DNA of 64,000 nucleotides. Source: Nitrososphaerales archaeon (GTDB lineage: Archaea > Thermoproteota > Nitrososphaeria > Nitrososphaerales > UBA213). Below, piece by piece: positions 30,984 to 42,052 of this stretch. Positions within the stretch are counted from its first letter, which is position 1, and every line of letters starts with the position of its first letter. The position numbers and the translations under genes are program-made. Below the pieces are notes generated by a model that had not been told where the DNA came from, did no database searches, and saw nothing but the letters and a program-made list of their open reading frames with translations. The stretch is from the NCBI GenBank assembly GCA_965197925.1, contig CBDAOC010000019.1, forward strand, positions 224,001 through 288,000, written 5' to 3'.

Positions 30984-31859
30984 TTAAACATTATAAAAAC
31001 CATTTACAGCGTCCAGTAAGGCCTTCGCCCTTTTGTAATGCACCATATCTAGCATCTTACCCTCGAGTCGGATAGCTCCTTGACCCTTGCTCATGGCATC
31101 ACTTAAGGTATCAAATACCTTCTTGGCCCAATCAACTTCCTCCTTATTTGGCACAAATATTTTGTGGACTGGTTCAATTTGAGATGGATGTATTATGCTC
31201 TTGCCTTTGTAGCCAAGTTTCATACCAACTGTGGCATCCTTGATCAAACCACTTGAATCATCCACCTTCTGCCATATTGAGTCTATAGCATATACACCAG
31301 CAGCCCTTGCATCTACGGGTATTTTTGCCCTTACATAGTTGTATTCCACACTATCTTCAATATAATCAAGACCCATATCCAAGAGAAAATCAAAAATTCC
31401 AAAAACAAGAGCCGATACTCGTGTACTTGCATTTGCAATTTGAAAGGCATTAACTACACCTAAGGCGCTCTCTATCGAAGGTATCATTTCTATACTACCA
31501 CCCTCAATAGAATGCTCCTTTTCAAGATCTGTTATCCATTTAGATAATTCAATAATTTCGTTTGAATCATTCGTTTTGGGTATCACCACACCATCAATAC
31601 CATTGATTACAACCGCCATAAGATCCTCGTATGCAATTCCAGAATCAAAAGGATTGATTCTAATATACACCTCTCCCTTGAATTCAGATCGACTTTTTAA
31701 TACTTCCATTACCATTTTTCTTGCGGATTCTTTTTCATTGCTGGGCACAGAATCCTCCAAGTCTAGACAAATAATATCAGCATTCAATAATTTGGCTTTT
31801 TCAATGAACCGACTATTATTCCCTGGAACAAATAAAAAACTCCTAAGTAGCCTTGCCAT
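30984..31859 (-). CDS. CitE-family CoA-ester lyase
   Basis: Motifs RSFLFVPG, DLEDSV, YIRIN, IESALG and GKSIIHPSQI. Confidence 0.92.
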   Translation of the reverse strand: MARLLRSFLFVPGNNSRFIEKAKLLNADIICLDLEDSVPSNEKESARKMVMEVLKSRSEFKGEVYIRINPFDSGIAYEDLMAVVINGIDGVVIPKTNDSNEIIELSKWITDLEKEHSIEGGSIEMIPSIESALGVVNAFQIANASTRVSALVFGIFDFLLDMGLDYIEDSVEYNYVRAKIPVDARAAGVYAIDSIWQKVDDSSGLIKDATVGMKLGYKGKSIIHPSQIEPVHKIFVPNKEEVDWAKKVFDTLSDAMSKGQGAIRLEGKMLDMVHYKRAKALLDAVNGFYNV

Positions 31860-31966
31860 ATTGGGAATAGCAATGAAGGAAGTTAAATTGGTTATGAAAT
31901 AAAAAAAAGATTAGACAAGTTCTTCTAATTCTCTTTCCGCATTATCCTAAGGGTATGGTATGATGT

Positions 31967-33016
31967 CTATATTTTTTGTGGAGTAGTAACAAGCTTACCG
32001 ATAATTTTTCCATCAATCATTCTCTGATGACCCTCAGCCACTCTGCTGAATGGTAATACTTCGTCGATCAAAGGTTTAATTTTTCCATTACCTACCCAGT
32101 TAAAAAGTTGGCTCAACTCTGCCTTGGTACCTTGGGTGGAACCCAAAAGGTTGGTGCCCTTAAAGAACAGATATCTTAGGTCCAGAGTAGAATCATAACC
32201 AGTCGTGGCTCCAGTAGCAACAAGCGTACCTCCCATTTTCAATAATGACACTTCTTGGGGAAATGCTGCCTTGCCAATATGTTCAAAGATAACGTCTACT
32301 CCTTGCTTTTTGGTAATTTCTCTAACTTTCTTCCACCACTCTGCTTCCCTATGGTTGATCACATGATCAGCCCCAAGCTTAAGACAAGCGTCCATTTTTT
32401 CCTTACTTCCAGCCGCGGCAATAACTTCGCAATTATACAGCTTGGAAATTTGAATCCCTGCCATACCAACTCCACTAGTTCCTCCCATGATCAACACTGT
32501 CTGACCGGGTTTGATTTTCGCTCTTCCTACGAGCATATGCCATGCCGTCATTCCAACCATGGAAATTGCCGCTGCATCATTGAAGGATATATTATCTGCA
32601 ATCTTTAGCACATTCACTTCAGGAAGTTTGCAGTGTTCTCCAAATGCACCATCTAATGGTCCCGTTTGGAAACCCCATACGAGTCTCCGTTGGCAATCAA
32701 ACTCCCTACCAGAAGTACATGCTTCACAAACTCTGCAAGATAAATTTGAGTGAGAAACTACCTTGTCTCCAACCTTTATAGTTGCTACATCTTCACCTAC
32801 TTCTGTTACAGTTCCGGCAGCATCGCTGCCTGAAATGTGCGGCATGGGAACTTTGATGGGGTCACCCCAGATTGCCCAAAGATCATTGTAGTTATATGAT
32901 GCTGCCTCGACTTTGATCAAAACTTCGTTTTGTTTTACCTTCGGAGAATCCACATCCTCGATCTTAATTGCCTTTGCAGGTTCTTTGTTATACTCTCGGA
33001 ATACCGATGCCTTCAT
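31967..33016 (-). CDS. Zn-binding MDR dehydrogenase/reductase, probable thaumarchaeal acryloyl-CoA reductase
   Basis: Motifs PHISGSDAAG, Zn site CRVCEACTSGREFDC, WGFQTGP and WHMLVGRAKIKPGQ. This resembles the enzyme proposed for the HP/HB carbon-fixation cycle. Confidence 0.75.
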   Translation of the reverse strand: MKASVFREYNKEPAKAIKIEDVDSPKVKQNEVLIKVEAASYNYNDLWAIWGDPIKVPMPHISGSDAAGTVTEVGEDVATIKVGDKVVSHSNLSCRVCEACTSGREFDCQRRLVWGFQTGPLDGAFGEHCKLPEVNVLKIADNISFNDAAAISMVGMTAWHMLVGRAKIKPGQTVLIMGGTSGVGMAGIQISKLYNCEVIAAAGSKEKMDACLKLGADHVINHREAEWWKKVREITKKQGVDVIFEHIGKAAFPQEVSLLKMGGTLVATGATTGYDSTLDLRYLFFKGTNLLGSTQGTKAELSQLFNWVGNGKIKPLIDEVLPFSRVAEGHQRMIDGKIIGKLVTTPQKI

Positions 33017-33360
33017 TGTAATTTAACGCCTTTATGAGAATTAATATACTTTATGTGTCTTGAGGGTTTAAAATAGATTCTAATGGACTTAGGTACATCC
33101 TAATTTGGTTTTCAATAAGTTCTCAGCACAACCTTTCAGCGACTTTATACGGTATACAATAGGGACTTCCTAAGGATTAGACAAAATGAGGCATCCCATT
33201 CTTCTATCATTTTAATGGAACCAGAAAGATATCGTGAAAAAGTCCTTCGAAGTTATGAATTACGATTATGGTATACCTGAAGGAATAATATTGCTGTTAG
33301 TGCTAATAATTGGTATTAAATCCTAGAACGGCTTGGTAAAAACCACTATTTTCCATTGAT

Positions 33361-34287
33361 TTAAACCCCTTTTTTTGGGGAACTGGTCTTGTTCAAAACA
33401 AAATTTTCCAAGCCTCTGAGCCACGTGATAAGAGCGTCTTTGTGTTCTCTAGGTCCCCCTAAATAAAAATTCGAATAATAATATCCGTCGTCTTCTAGGT
33501 TAGTTGTATCAACACCCCTCTCCTTTAATAATGAAATAATATCAGTCTGTTCTTGATTATCGGCAAAATGTCTCTGTCTAAACGAGGGAATTTCGCTCTT
33601 TATCAACACAAAACCGTTTTTTTCGAAAACCTTTTGAATTTCATCTACTGGATAAATTCTTAGAACAGAAAAGGCGAATAGTGGTTTTGGTATTATTCCA
33701 GAAGAACTTTTAGATTCATTTTGATCTTGTTCCGATTTGGTTCGATGATTAATGGCTTCAAATAGTTTCATAAATGATTTGTGTCCAATATAGCCGACAC
33801 AACCAGTAGCAATTATCATATCCACCACTCCTAACTGACGAGAAGCGTTTGATGAAACCTCATCTTGTTCTAGATTGATGCAAAAAGTCTGTGTACATAG
33901 TTCCATATCATTTGCAAATCGAAGGGCTTGGGAAGATGTGTCAATAAGAGAGAATTTGAATTGGGGGTTTACTTTTGGGAGATTCTTAAAAAAATTCACC
34001 GTCTGCTCATTCGTAGGTGTATTATTACCATTCAGAAAGAAATTATCAAGTTCAGACATCGTTATGTCATAAATCAAAAGGGAGGAATTGATTCCATAAG
34101 AACTTCCAATATCAAGAATCTCAATTGGCCTGCTAAGATCTTTGTAAAGTGTATTGGCCAAGTATTGATAAAAGGATTTTGTTATATTTGCAATTCTATA
34201 TTCTAACCTTCGCATTTCTTTGAGATATGGAACAGGAGAATCTTGTGCATAAATTTCAGAAAAATCTTTCTTGATTTTAGATTTCAT
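33361..34287 (-). CDS. Class I SAM-dependent methyltransferase-like protein
   Basis: Motif I-like ILDIGSSYGIN, IDTS and ATGCVGYI. Confidence 0.7.
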   Translation of the reverse strand: MKSKIKKDFSEIYAQDSPVPYLKEMRRLEYRIANITKSFYQYLANTLYKDLSRPIEILDIGSSYGINSSLLIYDITMSELDNFFLNGNNTPTNEQTVNFFKNLPKVNPQFKFSLIDTSSQALRFANDMELCTQTFCINLEQDEVSSNASRQLGVVDMIIATGCVGYIGHKSFMKLFEAINHRTKSEQDQNESKSSSGIIPKPLFAFSVLRIYPVDEIQKVFEKNGFVLIKSEIPSFRQRHFADNQEQTDIISLLKERGVDTTNLEDDGYYYSNFYLGGPREHKDALITWLRGLENFVLNKTSSPKKGV

Positions 34288-34415
34288 CTTATACTTCTTG
34301 ATTTTTATTAGTATTTATATTATTAACTCATTACACATAAAATAATCCCTATTGTAGAGAGTATAAAATATAAGTGGTGTCTCTCATAAAGAGGCCTCAA
34401 TATATTAGTGGCTAT

Positions 34416-35925
34416 CTAAGAATTAATTTCAGTTCTTTCTGACCATCGTCCTATAGTATGTAAAATATTTTCAGCATTGGAAAATAATTTAGAAAATATA
34501 ATATGATAATAACACTCTTCACTTGACCGAAGTAAAACCGATTGTTTCTGCCGATATGTTTCCGCTTCATCTCGTTTTATTATTTTTGCAATCGTCTCAG
34601 ATACTAAATTAACGGTTCCGCTACCCTCATCAAATTGCTCTTTCTCTCTCCAAATTATCTCTTCAGGTAATAAATCCTCAAAGGCTTTACGTAAGATCCA
34701 TTTTTCAGTGGGGGGATATCCAAATAACTTCCATTTTGGTGGAATGCTCTGTGCCAATTCAATCATTTTAATATCCAGAAATGGTACACGTCCCTCTATT
34801 GAGTGAGCCATAGTCATTCGGTCAAGTCGTTGCAAATTAATATTATGAAGAGAATTTACCGAGCGCCGAAGTTCTATGTGAAGATCCGTTTCATCCGTTA
34901 TATCCTTATAATAAGTATAGCCACCAAAAAGTTCGTCAGTACCTTTTCCTGTCAATATGACCTTAACAAATTCAGAAGCCAATTTTGAAATAAAGTAACA
35001 AGGAATTGCACTACGAACAAGATCTTGATCAAATGATTCAAGATGGAAAATAATTTCTGGAAGTTTTTCAATGATATCTTCTGCTGTAATTATATACTCA
35101 TGATGTACTGAACCCAAGTATTCAGCAGTCTTTCGTGCACATTCAATATCGCTACTCCTTTCTCTTCCTACAGCAAAAGTATGCAATAAATTCATATGTT
35201 TTCGAACAACAGTCGCTATCAGACTACCGTCAAATCCCTCAGACAGAAAGGCTCCTAATGGCACATCGCTCATTAGACGCTTTACAACAGAATTTTCAAA
35301 GGTCTTTCTTAGGTTCCTGATATGTTCTTGGTAAGGGATATCCTGAGGCTTCAATTCAAGTACTTTATAAAATGATTTGAAACCAATATCGGAATGGTAC
35401 CAGGTACCCGGTGGAAACTCTCGCACGCCATCTTTCAAGCTGCTCATACTTTTTAATTCTGAAGAAAAGTAGAATGTACCATTTTCATCAATCTTGTAAT
35501 AAATGGGTTTTATGCCGATGTAATCACGGGCCACAAAGATAGAATTACCATCAGCAATGCAAAAGGCAAACATTCCATCCAGATAATTTACTACCTCAAC
35601 TCTATGTTCTTCATATAAATGAAGAATAGTCTCACTATCATTCTTGGTGGAAAAGATATGTCTTTTTGAAAGTTCTCTATGCAGTTTTGGAAAATTGTAA
35701 ATTTCACCGTTCGCAATGATTGCTTTTGTATTGTCTTCATTATAGATAGGATGATTTCCTTGCTCAAGATCCATAATCGAAAGACGGCGATGCTCCAGAG
35801 CTCTTTTATTCGAAGTATGAACACCGCTTGCATCCGGTCCCTTATGAGACAATCCCCCCCCCCCCCATCATGGTTTCAAGTAAAATATCATCTCTTGAAC
35901 CCCAGATGCCACAAATTCCACACAT
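34416..35925 (-). pseudogene. asnB: Asparagine synthetase (glutamine-hydrolysing)-like gene, frameshifted at a G13 tract
   Basis: The true start MCGICG (ATG 35925) is out of frame with the body (HRRLSIMD, NGEIYN, DGMFAF, DELFGGY, RVPFLD). The SGGLDS motif reads SEGFDG. Confidence 0.88.
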
Positions 35926-36099
35926 ATTTTTTTGGCTTCTTAAGGATTAATACTGCAATTTCATATTAAAGTTTATTCAAATCTTTAGTGAAACAGTTGT
36001 GTGATTAATTTTATATAAAACAAGTATTCTCCTGAACTTATTTTATATACGCCGATTCTTGAGTTAATTTGATATAAAATACAATAATCCAAATTAATT

Positions 36100-37187
36100 G
36101 AGGCTTGGGCATAATTTAGTTCGAAACGATAAGATCAGGTTTCAATTTTCATTGGTAATGTGTTTAGCTCAGACTCGATACTTCTTCGTATATTATTTTT
36201 GATTGACGTGATTCCTCGGACAAAACCTAATAGGAAAAGGGTAGACCATTCTACTATTCTCCTACAGTAATGATGAGATGCTTCATCGTTAGAGTATGGG
36301 TAAGAATACCAAGCAACAATGCTTTGCATGAATACTTTTCGATAGACATGCCATACAACAGGAAGGTAATGAAGGCATGTGGTCTTGATAGGTTGCCAGA
36401 CAGAAGGACGTTTGATAGAAGGTTCAAGACCATATCAATTGACATAAGATCAAGGATAGATGTTATGGGTGTGCTCTTCATAAAAGATGGGTTGGTAGAC
36501 TCATCCATTGTATCCGTTGACAGTTCATTGTTGAAAGCAAAGGGACATGTATGGCATAGATCAAACATGAAGAATGAAGTACCACGTTCAGGTATAGATA
36601 CAGATGCTCGATGGGGCTACAGCAGAACTAAGGGACGGGTATTCGGATACAAACTGCATCTAGCATCTAGTACAGGTTCATTGATAGTTCCATTATCAGC
36701 TGATTTCACAACAGCTAACATTACTGATAACAAGATGTATGAAAGCATAACATCTTCATTGCCTTTAGGAATGGTGAGGTATGTTGTAGGAGATGAAGGA
36801 TATGATGATCACAAGTTATGTGATTTCAGCAGGTATAGAGGGCATCCAGTATTCCCATTGGAAAGGTATAGGCATACTACAGATAATAATAGACTGGCAT
36901 TGCTGCAGTTCTATCAATCTGAATTTGGACAGCATGTATATTCTCGGAGGAGCATAAGCGTTGAGCCATTGATAGAGCATATGAAGGATGTATTTACCAT
37001 AGATCTATTGCTAGTTAGAGGATTTGATAAGGTAAAGAGTATAGTGTTGTTATCAGTATTGTTGTATCAGGTAATGGTTTACTACAACCATCTAACAGGA
37101 AGGCCTCTTAGGGCATTGAAGTATATGTTGGGAAGCTAATAGTAATAATTTCAAAATAATATTATAATTGAATTATGCCCAAGTCTC
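36100..37187 (+). mobile_element. IS element copy A2 (1088 bp; same family as 4307-6273)
   Basis: TIRs GAGGCTTGGGCATAATT / AATTATGCCCAAGTCTC and a perfect 8-bp TSD AATTAATT. A 1-bp deletion near 36238 separates the N-terminus from ORF 36270-37139. Confidence 0.95.
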
Positions 37188-37560
37188 AATTAATTATTAA
37201 ACACAAATCTGAAATGCTTTTTATGCGAATGATTTCAAAAAGTGTGAATTAAACAATTGGTTATACCAAGAATCTACGGATTAAAGTACCATTGATTGGA
37301 AAAAAGTACACATCTCTTGTCTGTTCAGGTTTTTTTTGATAACACCCCTCATATTCTGCGAAATTATCTTCCCTTTTCTATTACCTAATAATACCGATGA
37401 AAAATATTGAGGAATGAGGGTTAACTAGCACTCCGATTGGGCTATTTCGTTCTCCGCAGTGTTTTATTATTTAAGTCCTACGAACCTGAATGTAAAATGA
37501 TTTATGCTCGCGGTTTGTAACAATGATAATATTTAAATCAATTTTCAAAGTAAGGTCTCT

Positions 37561-37737
37561 GTGGCGGGCAAGTTCTACATACTAGGAATAGTAGCTGGAG
37601 TGATACTGATATCAATAGGCACGATTTCGATTTTTGTATCACAAGATGAATATGTGTTTATCAGGGGTATGATGGTTATCATAACTGGCATGATTGTCTT
37701 AGCGATGGGTATAAGGTTCAAGTCACTCGGACAGTAA
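37561..37737 (+). CDS. 58-aa two-TM membrane protein (below the ORF-track cut-off)
   Basis: GTG...TAA encoding MAGKFYILGIVAGVILISIGTISIFVSQDEYVFIRGMMVIITGMIVLAMGIRFKSLGQ; TTTAAA about 25 bp upstream. Confidence 0.65.
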   Translation: MAGKFYILGIVAGVILISIGTISIFVSQDEYVFIRGMMVIITGMIVLAMGIRFKSLGQ

Positions 37738-38022
37738 TCATTTGTAATTGATCTTAAATTCTCGTTTTGGTTGTTGTAAAGATGAAAGTATTTGTTTCAG
37801 ATCTTCATCGGTAACCTCTTTCTTTAATCTTCCCTGTGAGCCCATTGTTAAGAGGTAATCTTCAACTGTTTTAGCAACATCTGGTTTCACGACTCTGACG
37901 TTTGAAAGACGATCCCTTGCACCGGGTGTAAGCAAGACACGCAAGGCACGATCGCGCATCACTCTATCTTCTGATTCTCTTTTCTTGTCTTCTTCTGGAA
38001 GGTCTTGTCCCACTCTAATCAC
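37738..38022 (-). CDS. PDCD5-like DNA-binding protein
   Basis: Motifs LTPGARDRLSNVRVVKP and TDEDLKQIL; follows rps19e. Confidence 0.93.
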   Translation of the reverse strand: MIRVGQDLPEEDKKRESEDRVMRDRALRVLLTPGARDRLSNVRVVKPDVAKTVEDYLLTMGSQGRLKKEVTDEDLKQILSSLQQPKREFKINYK

Positions 38023-38478
38023 CTAACCATACCTTTTCAATTCAGGCAATACTTCTATCAACTCCAAGTATATTTGCTTGCTTAGACCATCCATCATCTT
38101 CATCCCCTCACTGGTCAGCATCCTGCCCTTGCTGTCAGCCTTGGCAACGTAACCTGACTGTTCCAGCTGTTGTAATGCCTTTCTTATTGCAGAGCCTCCA
38201 GCATCTCTGTGGTGTGCTGCAGCATAACCTATCCTCCTTCGCCCACCGTAGGCAGACTTTAAATCTGTCAATCCTATAGGTCCATGAAAATAGACCTTTC
38301 GTAAAAGAGAAGCACACCTCACATACCACCATTCAGAGTTCAGTGGGATCCTCTCTGTATGGGCGCCAGTCTTCCCAAAATGTGACCATGCGGGGGGTTC
38401 TATGTTTGAGTCCTCCTTTAGCATATTTGCAAGTTTTTTTATTAGAATATCTGCAGGAACGTCATATACCTTTACCAT
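38023..38478 (-). CDS. rps19e: 30S ribosomal protein S19e
   Basis: Motifs VYDVPAD, KTG, WWYVRCASLLRK and IRKALQQLE. Confidence 0.97.
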   Translation of the reverse strand: MVKVYDVPADILIKKLANMLKEDSNIEPPAWSHFGKTGAHTERIPLNSEWWYVRCASLLRKVYFHGPIGLTDLKSAYGGRRRIGYAAAHHRDAGGSAIRKALQQLEQSGYVAKADSKGRMLTSEGMKMMDGLSKQIYLELIEVLPELKRYG

Positions 38479-39264
38479 GATGAAACATCTCTTTCAATCC
38501 CTTATAAATGCTATTCAGCACTTCCAAGGTTCGCATTAAGCAAATATAGAATAAGTGGGAGAAAACCCCTATTTGTTTCCGATACTCCAGGTATTCTTAT
38601 GGCGAGTTTGTTGTATTCAGGCTGCATAAGCGGGTATTTTTACTATTTCTCTTTAGCATCATAGTAATTGCCATTACTGCAGTATCAATCGGTGTATCCT
38701 TCGACGAACCATTATTTTAGCTGAGTGAATTGTTTTCACAAAGAGTGTAATGGTTTTCAATTACGTAGTAATAAAGGCTCAAAATATTGCCCTAATGTTA
38801 ATTTTATCTCATTAAAGCATGGTGTCCAAGAAAACGAAATAAAGAAGATCAATATCATGAATTACTATATGTAATAGGGGATTTAGTTAAGAAAAATAAT
38901 CTAATTCTTTGAAAAGAGGATTTGCAGAATTGGTGATATGTGGAAGAAGAGATAATTGATTGTCAACTAATGATAACGCTGATAAATTACGCCAATGAAA
39001 TCATCTACGCCAGAATTACCAAACTTATGAGTTATATAGCAGGTGTTAATTTATATTCACAAAGTTTTTGTTTTTTCCAATAAAAGTGAGAATATTGTTA
39101 TTTTTTAAGACCTACAAACCCACCTTATAATCTCCATTTGATGTCGCTAGATCTATTCTTATTCATAGAACCTAGTCGACAAGTAATGATAACGATCATC
39201 CATACCCCAACTATTGGTGGATTTTCTTTTAATACATGACCTGTGTTAGTAAACTTAAATAAAT

Positions 39265-39652
39265 ATGAATAATAAGAGCCCCTGGAGAGAGCTTACACCT
39301 GAAGAAAGGCTCAAAAGGTTTGAAGGACTAGATCTTCCAAAAGATGTTAAATTGAATAACAAAGCAGATACGATGGAGCTTGTAGTTCCGCTAGATATAA
39401 TTCAAGAGATTCTTGGAAAAATGATCCAGCGTTGTTATATTACGTTCAATATCGAAATCTCTCATAAGAATGGTAATGCTGTTATTGGGACTATGATGCC
39501 AAATGACCGTGTTATAGGCTGAAGCTGGATAGCAAGAGACTGTTTATGATATAATGGATGTAAAGATTTCAATTCTTCCAGACCGTTGCATACATTTAGA
39601 AACAGTCACTAGACTCCCAGATAGAGGAGAAATTTATCTTAAAAGATTCTAG
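39265..39652 (+). pseudogene. Hypothetical gene, probably broken after codon 85
   Basis: An 85-aa ORF is followed by codon-like QETVYDIMDVKISILPDRCIHLETVTRLPDRGEIYLKRF in another frame. Confidence 0.4.
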
Positions 39653-40723
39653 CATACATATTGTTAATAAATATCCTACAATACGTCAGTATAATAAATC
39701 AAATCGGACTATGCATTATTTCTTAACTCACAAATTGATGTAATTCAGAATTCCTATCAAACTTTAATTTATGATTTTTTAAATTAAATGTCTCCAATCT
39801 GGAGTAACTATAACATGTCTATTGTAAAGAGAGGGGAAACGCTACTTTCTAACTATATTGGTTTTGACGGCAATTCTTGTATTTTATTTTGTAAACCATT
39901 TCAAATGACATCTAATATTACGCCATGCTGGAGTAAGGTTGCAATGTTTTTGGGTTTTTGTGTGAATGGATTTAATAGACTAATACGCTTTTAACTGGAT
40001 GACAAAAAGTATTAATCGGTATTGAACTCGGTTTAAAAAAGGCGGTAAGCCATGGTGGCTGCTTGGCTCTACACGATTTAGAAACTCTTTTTAGCTTGAA
40101 AGTATTGGTCATCTAGACATTTAGAGATTTATAAATCACAAAATTTATTGGATTAAAAAATCAAATGATATATAGTTAATCACGACGTTATTTTTCTCCA
40201 TACAATTGTTTAACATTATGCAAAAGATGTGTAGGGTGTTGGAACGTCCTGCATTTATGGATTTATTCTTAGGGAGTACACAGCATGTAAAATCATTTCA
40301 AGCGCAATATGATGTGAGATACGGCTTCTTCGAACGGCAGTTTGCATCTTCACCGATTCATGAACCCATAACAGAGAACAGGAGTGGTAATGAAACCGAT
40401 TCACAATACCCTCTGAATTCTTACCATTTCCCTGAACGGGAAGTCGAAGAGGTAAATGGGAGATATTTTAATACTGAATACGAGCCGTTTTAATGATTTA
40501 ATTGGATTATCTTTTTTTGTATGAAGCACAGATATTGGAAAACATAATGTAAATGGATTGAAGATTATGTTGAATCTCGAGTCGAAATCAAATATTCCTT
40601 AGACTTTAAATGCGATTCAACAATGTCATGCAGCTGACTTTAAGGAATATGATAAAAGTTATTTGGAGTGACTACTAACGTTATCTAAATTATGCAGGGT
40701 TAGGGTTAGATATCGATGAATAA

Positions 40724-41284
40724 CTAATCTGTGACAATAAGCTTGAACATTCCCGGTGTTATCTCTTTAACTAATCCCTTTTGTATTGCTACCGCAAGGA
40801 AAGTTTCTACAAGCGTACCTTTTAGATTTCTGAACTGATTCTTTATTTCTGATTCGCTACAGCCTATTTCGGGTGTAAGTAATTGTTTGACATGTGATAA
40901 CATATCCTGAAATAGTTCTTCAGGAAGATCACTTTTTGAATTATTCTTTAATTCGACGGTTTCTTTAGCTTTTTCAGGTTTAATATTTTTAGACTTTAAG
41001 GGAGTTGCAGATTTCCTATTTTTCTCTCTCTGTATTGAGCCTACATTGGTATGCTCTGATCCTATCCTTCTGGATACAATAGCAAGTATTTCAAGTGCAT
41101 TTAACCTCTCATTGCGGGAAAGACCTTTAGCGGCTATATCCGCAAGATCATCATATACGGAGTCGTTCAAATGGCCCAAGAGGTCAATAGCACGCAGTCT
41201 TTCGGTACTAGTGTTTTCTGTCGAAAGAGCAATCTCCTTTAGTTTGACCGGCCAATTCTTTGAATTTTGGTTATCTCTTCCCAC
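40724..41284 (-). CDS. Hypothetical protein (two short helical repeats, linker, wHTH-like C-terminus)
   Basis: Repeats ERLRAIDLL / ERLNALEIL and C-terminal GLVKEITPGMFKL. Confidence 0.55.
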   Translation of the reverse strand: MGRDNQNSKNWPVKLKEIALSTENTSTERLRAIDLLGHLNDSVYDDLADIAAKGLSRNERLNALEILAIVSRRIGSEHTNVGSIQREKNRKSATPLKSKNIKPEKAKETVELKNNSKSDLPEELFQDMLSHVKQLLTPEIGCSESEIKNQFRNLKGTLVETFLAVAIQKGLVKEITPGMFKLIVTD

Positions 41285-41310
41285 AGCAATAAATGATAAG
41301 TTATTAATTA

Positions 41311-41643
41311 TTAATGTTCCTCTGGATGTATTACAGGGCTATTCTGCTTTATTATTTTTCTGTAAATATGATTACAAGCCAAACATGTTATTCTTACGGC
41401 CTTGACATTTGACCTCCCAACTCTTACTCTCATGGTTTTACCTGGGACGTTGAATTTTTTACACCTTTTACAATAAAGCTGCCGAAATTCATATGGCAAC
41501 CGGACCCTATATTTGGTACTTATTTTCTTAGCAAGTTTGGCCTGCTTCTCTGCAAGTAATGGATCTGTCCTAGCAGTCACTAAGGCAATGTTTACAAGTA
41601 TCTCTATTCTTTGCAATGCCAGATCCTTAAACGATTTTTTCAA
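41311..41643 (-). CDS. rnp4: Ribonuclease P protein component 4 (Rpp21)
   Basis: Motifs ALQRIEIL, CKRC...PG and CLACNH. Confidence 0.94.
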   Translation of the reverse strand: MKKSFKDLALQRIEILVNIALVTARTDPLLAEKQAKLAKKISTKYRVRLPYEFRQLYCKRCKKFNVPGKTMRVRVGRSNVKAVRITCLACNHIYRKIIKQNSPVIHPEEH

Positions 41644-42052
41644 TGTGTACGGTATTGATAATGGGTCGGATAAAAAGTAATTTGAAAATTTATCCTCCTC
41701 TTACGAGCAAGAATATGCTAAACTAGGACAATAAATTTATGCAATAATTTTCCATATAATATTTTGAATTATGATAATGCTTTCTCCTTAGTGTGACCCA
41801 GATGTTTCATTTATTTTAGCATTGTATTTATTTGGTATATAATCTTGGTGTGAATAAGTATTCTTTGTAATTATTTTAATATCTTAGTCTTAAAATCACA
41901 TTTACCAGAAATAAAGTTTTGTGGTATCCTATTTACATCACAGAAATTTTCTAGCCGACGTATAGTTTCCCTAGTTGTAGACAAGGTCTTAGGTATGGGG
42001 ACAACAGTTAGGTTTTAGGTTAATATTAGCTTATAAAAAAGAGTAACAAACG

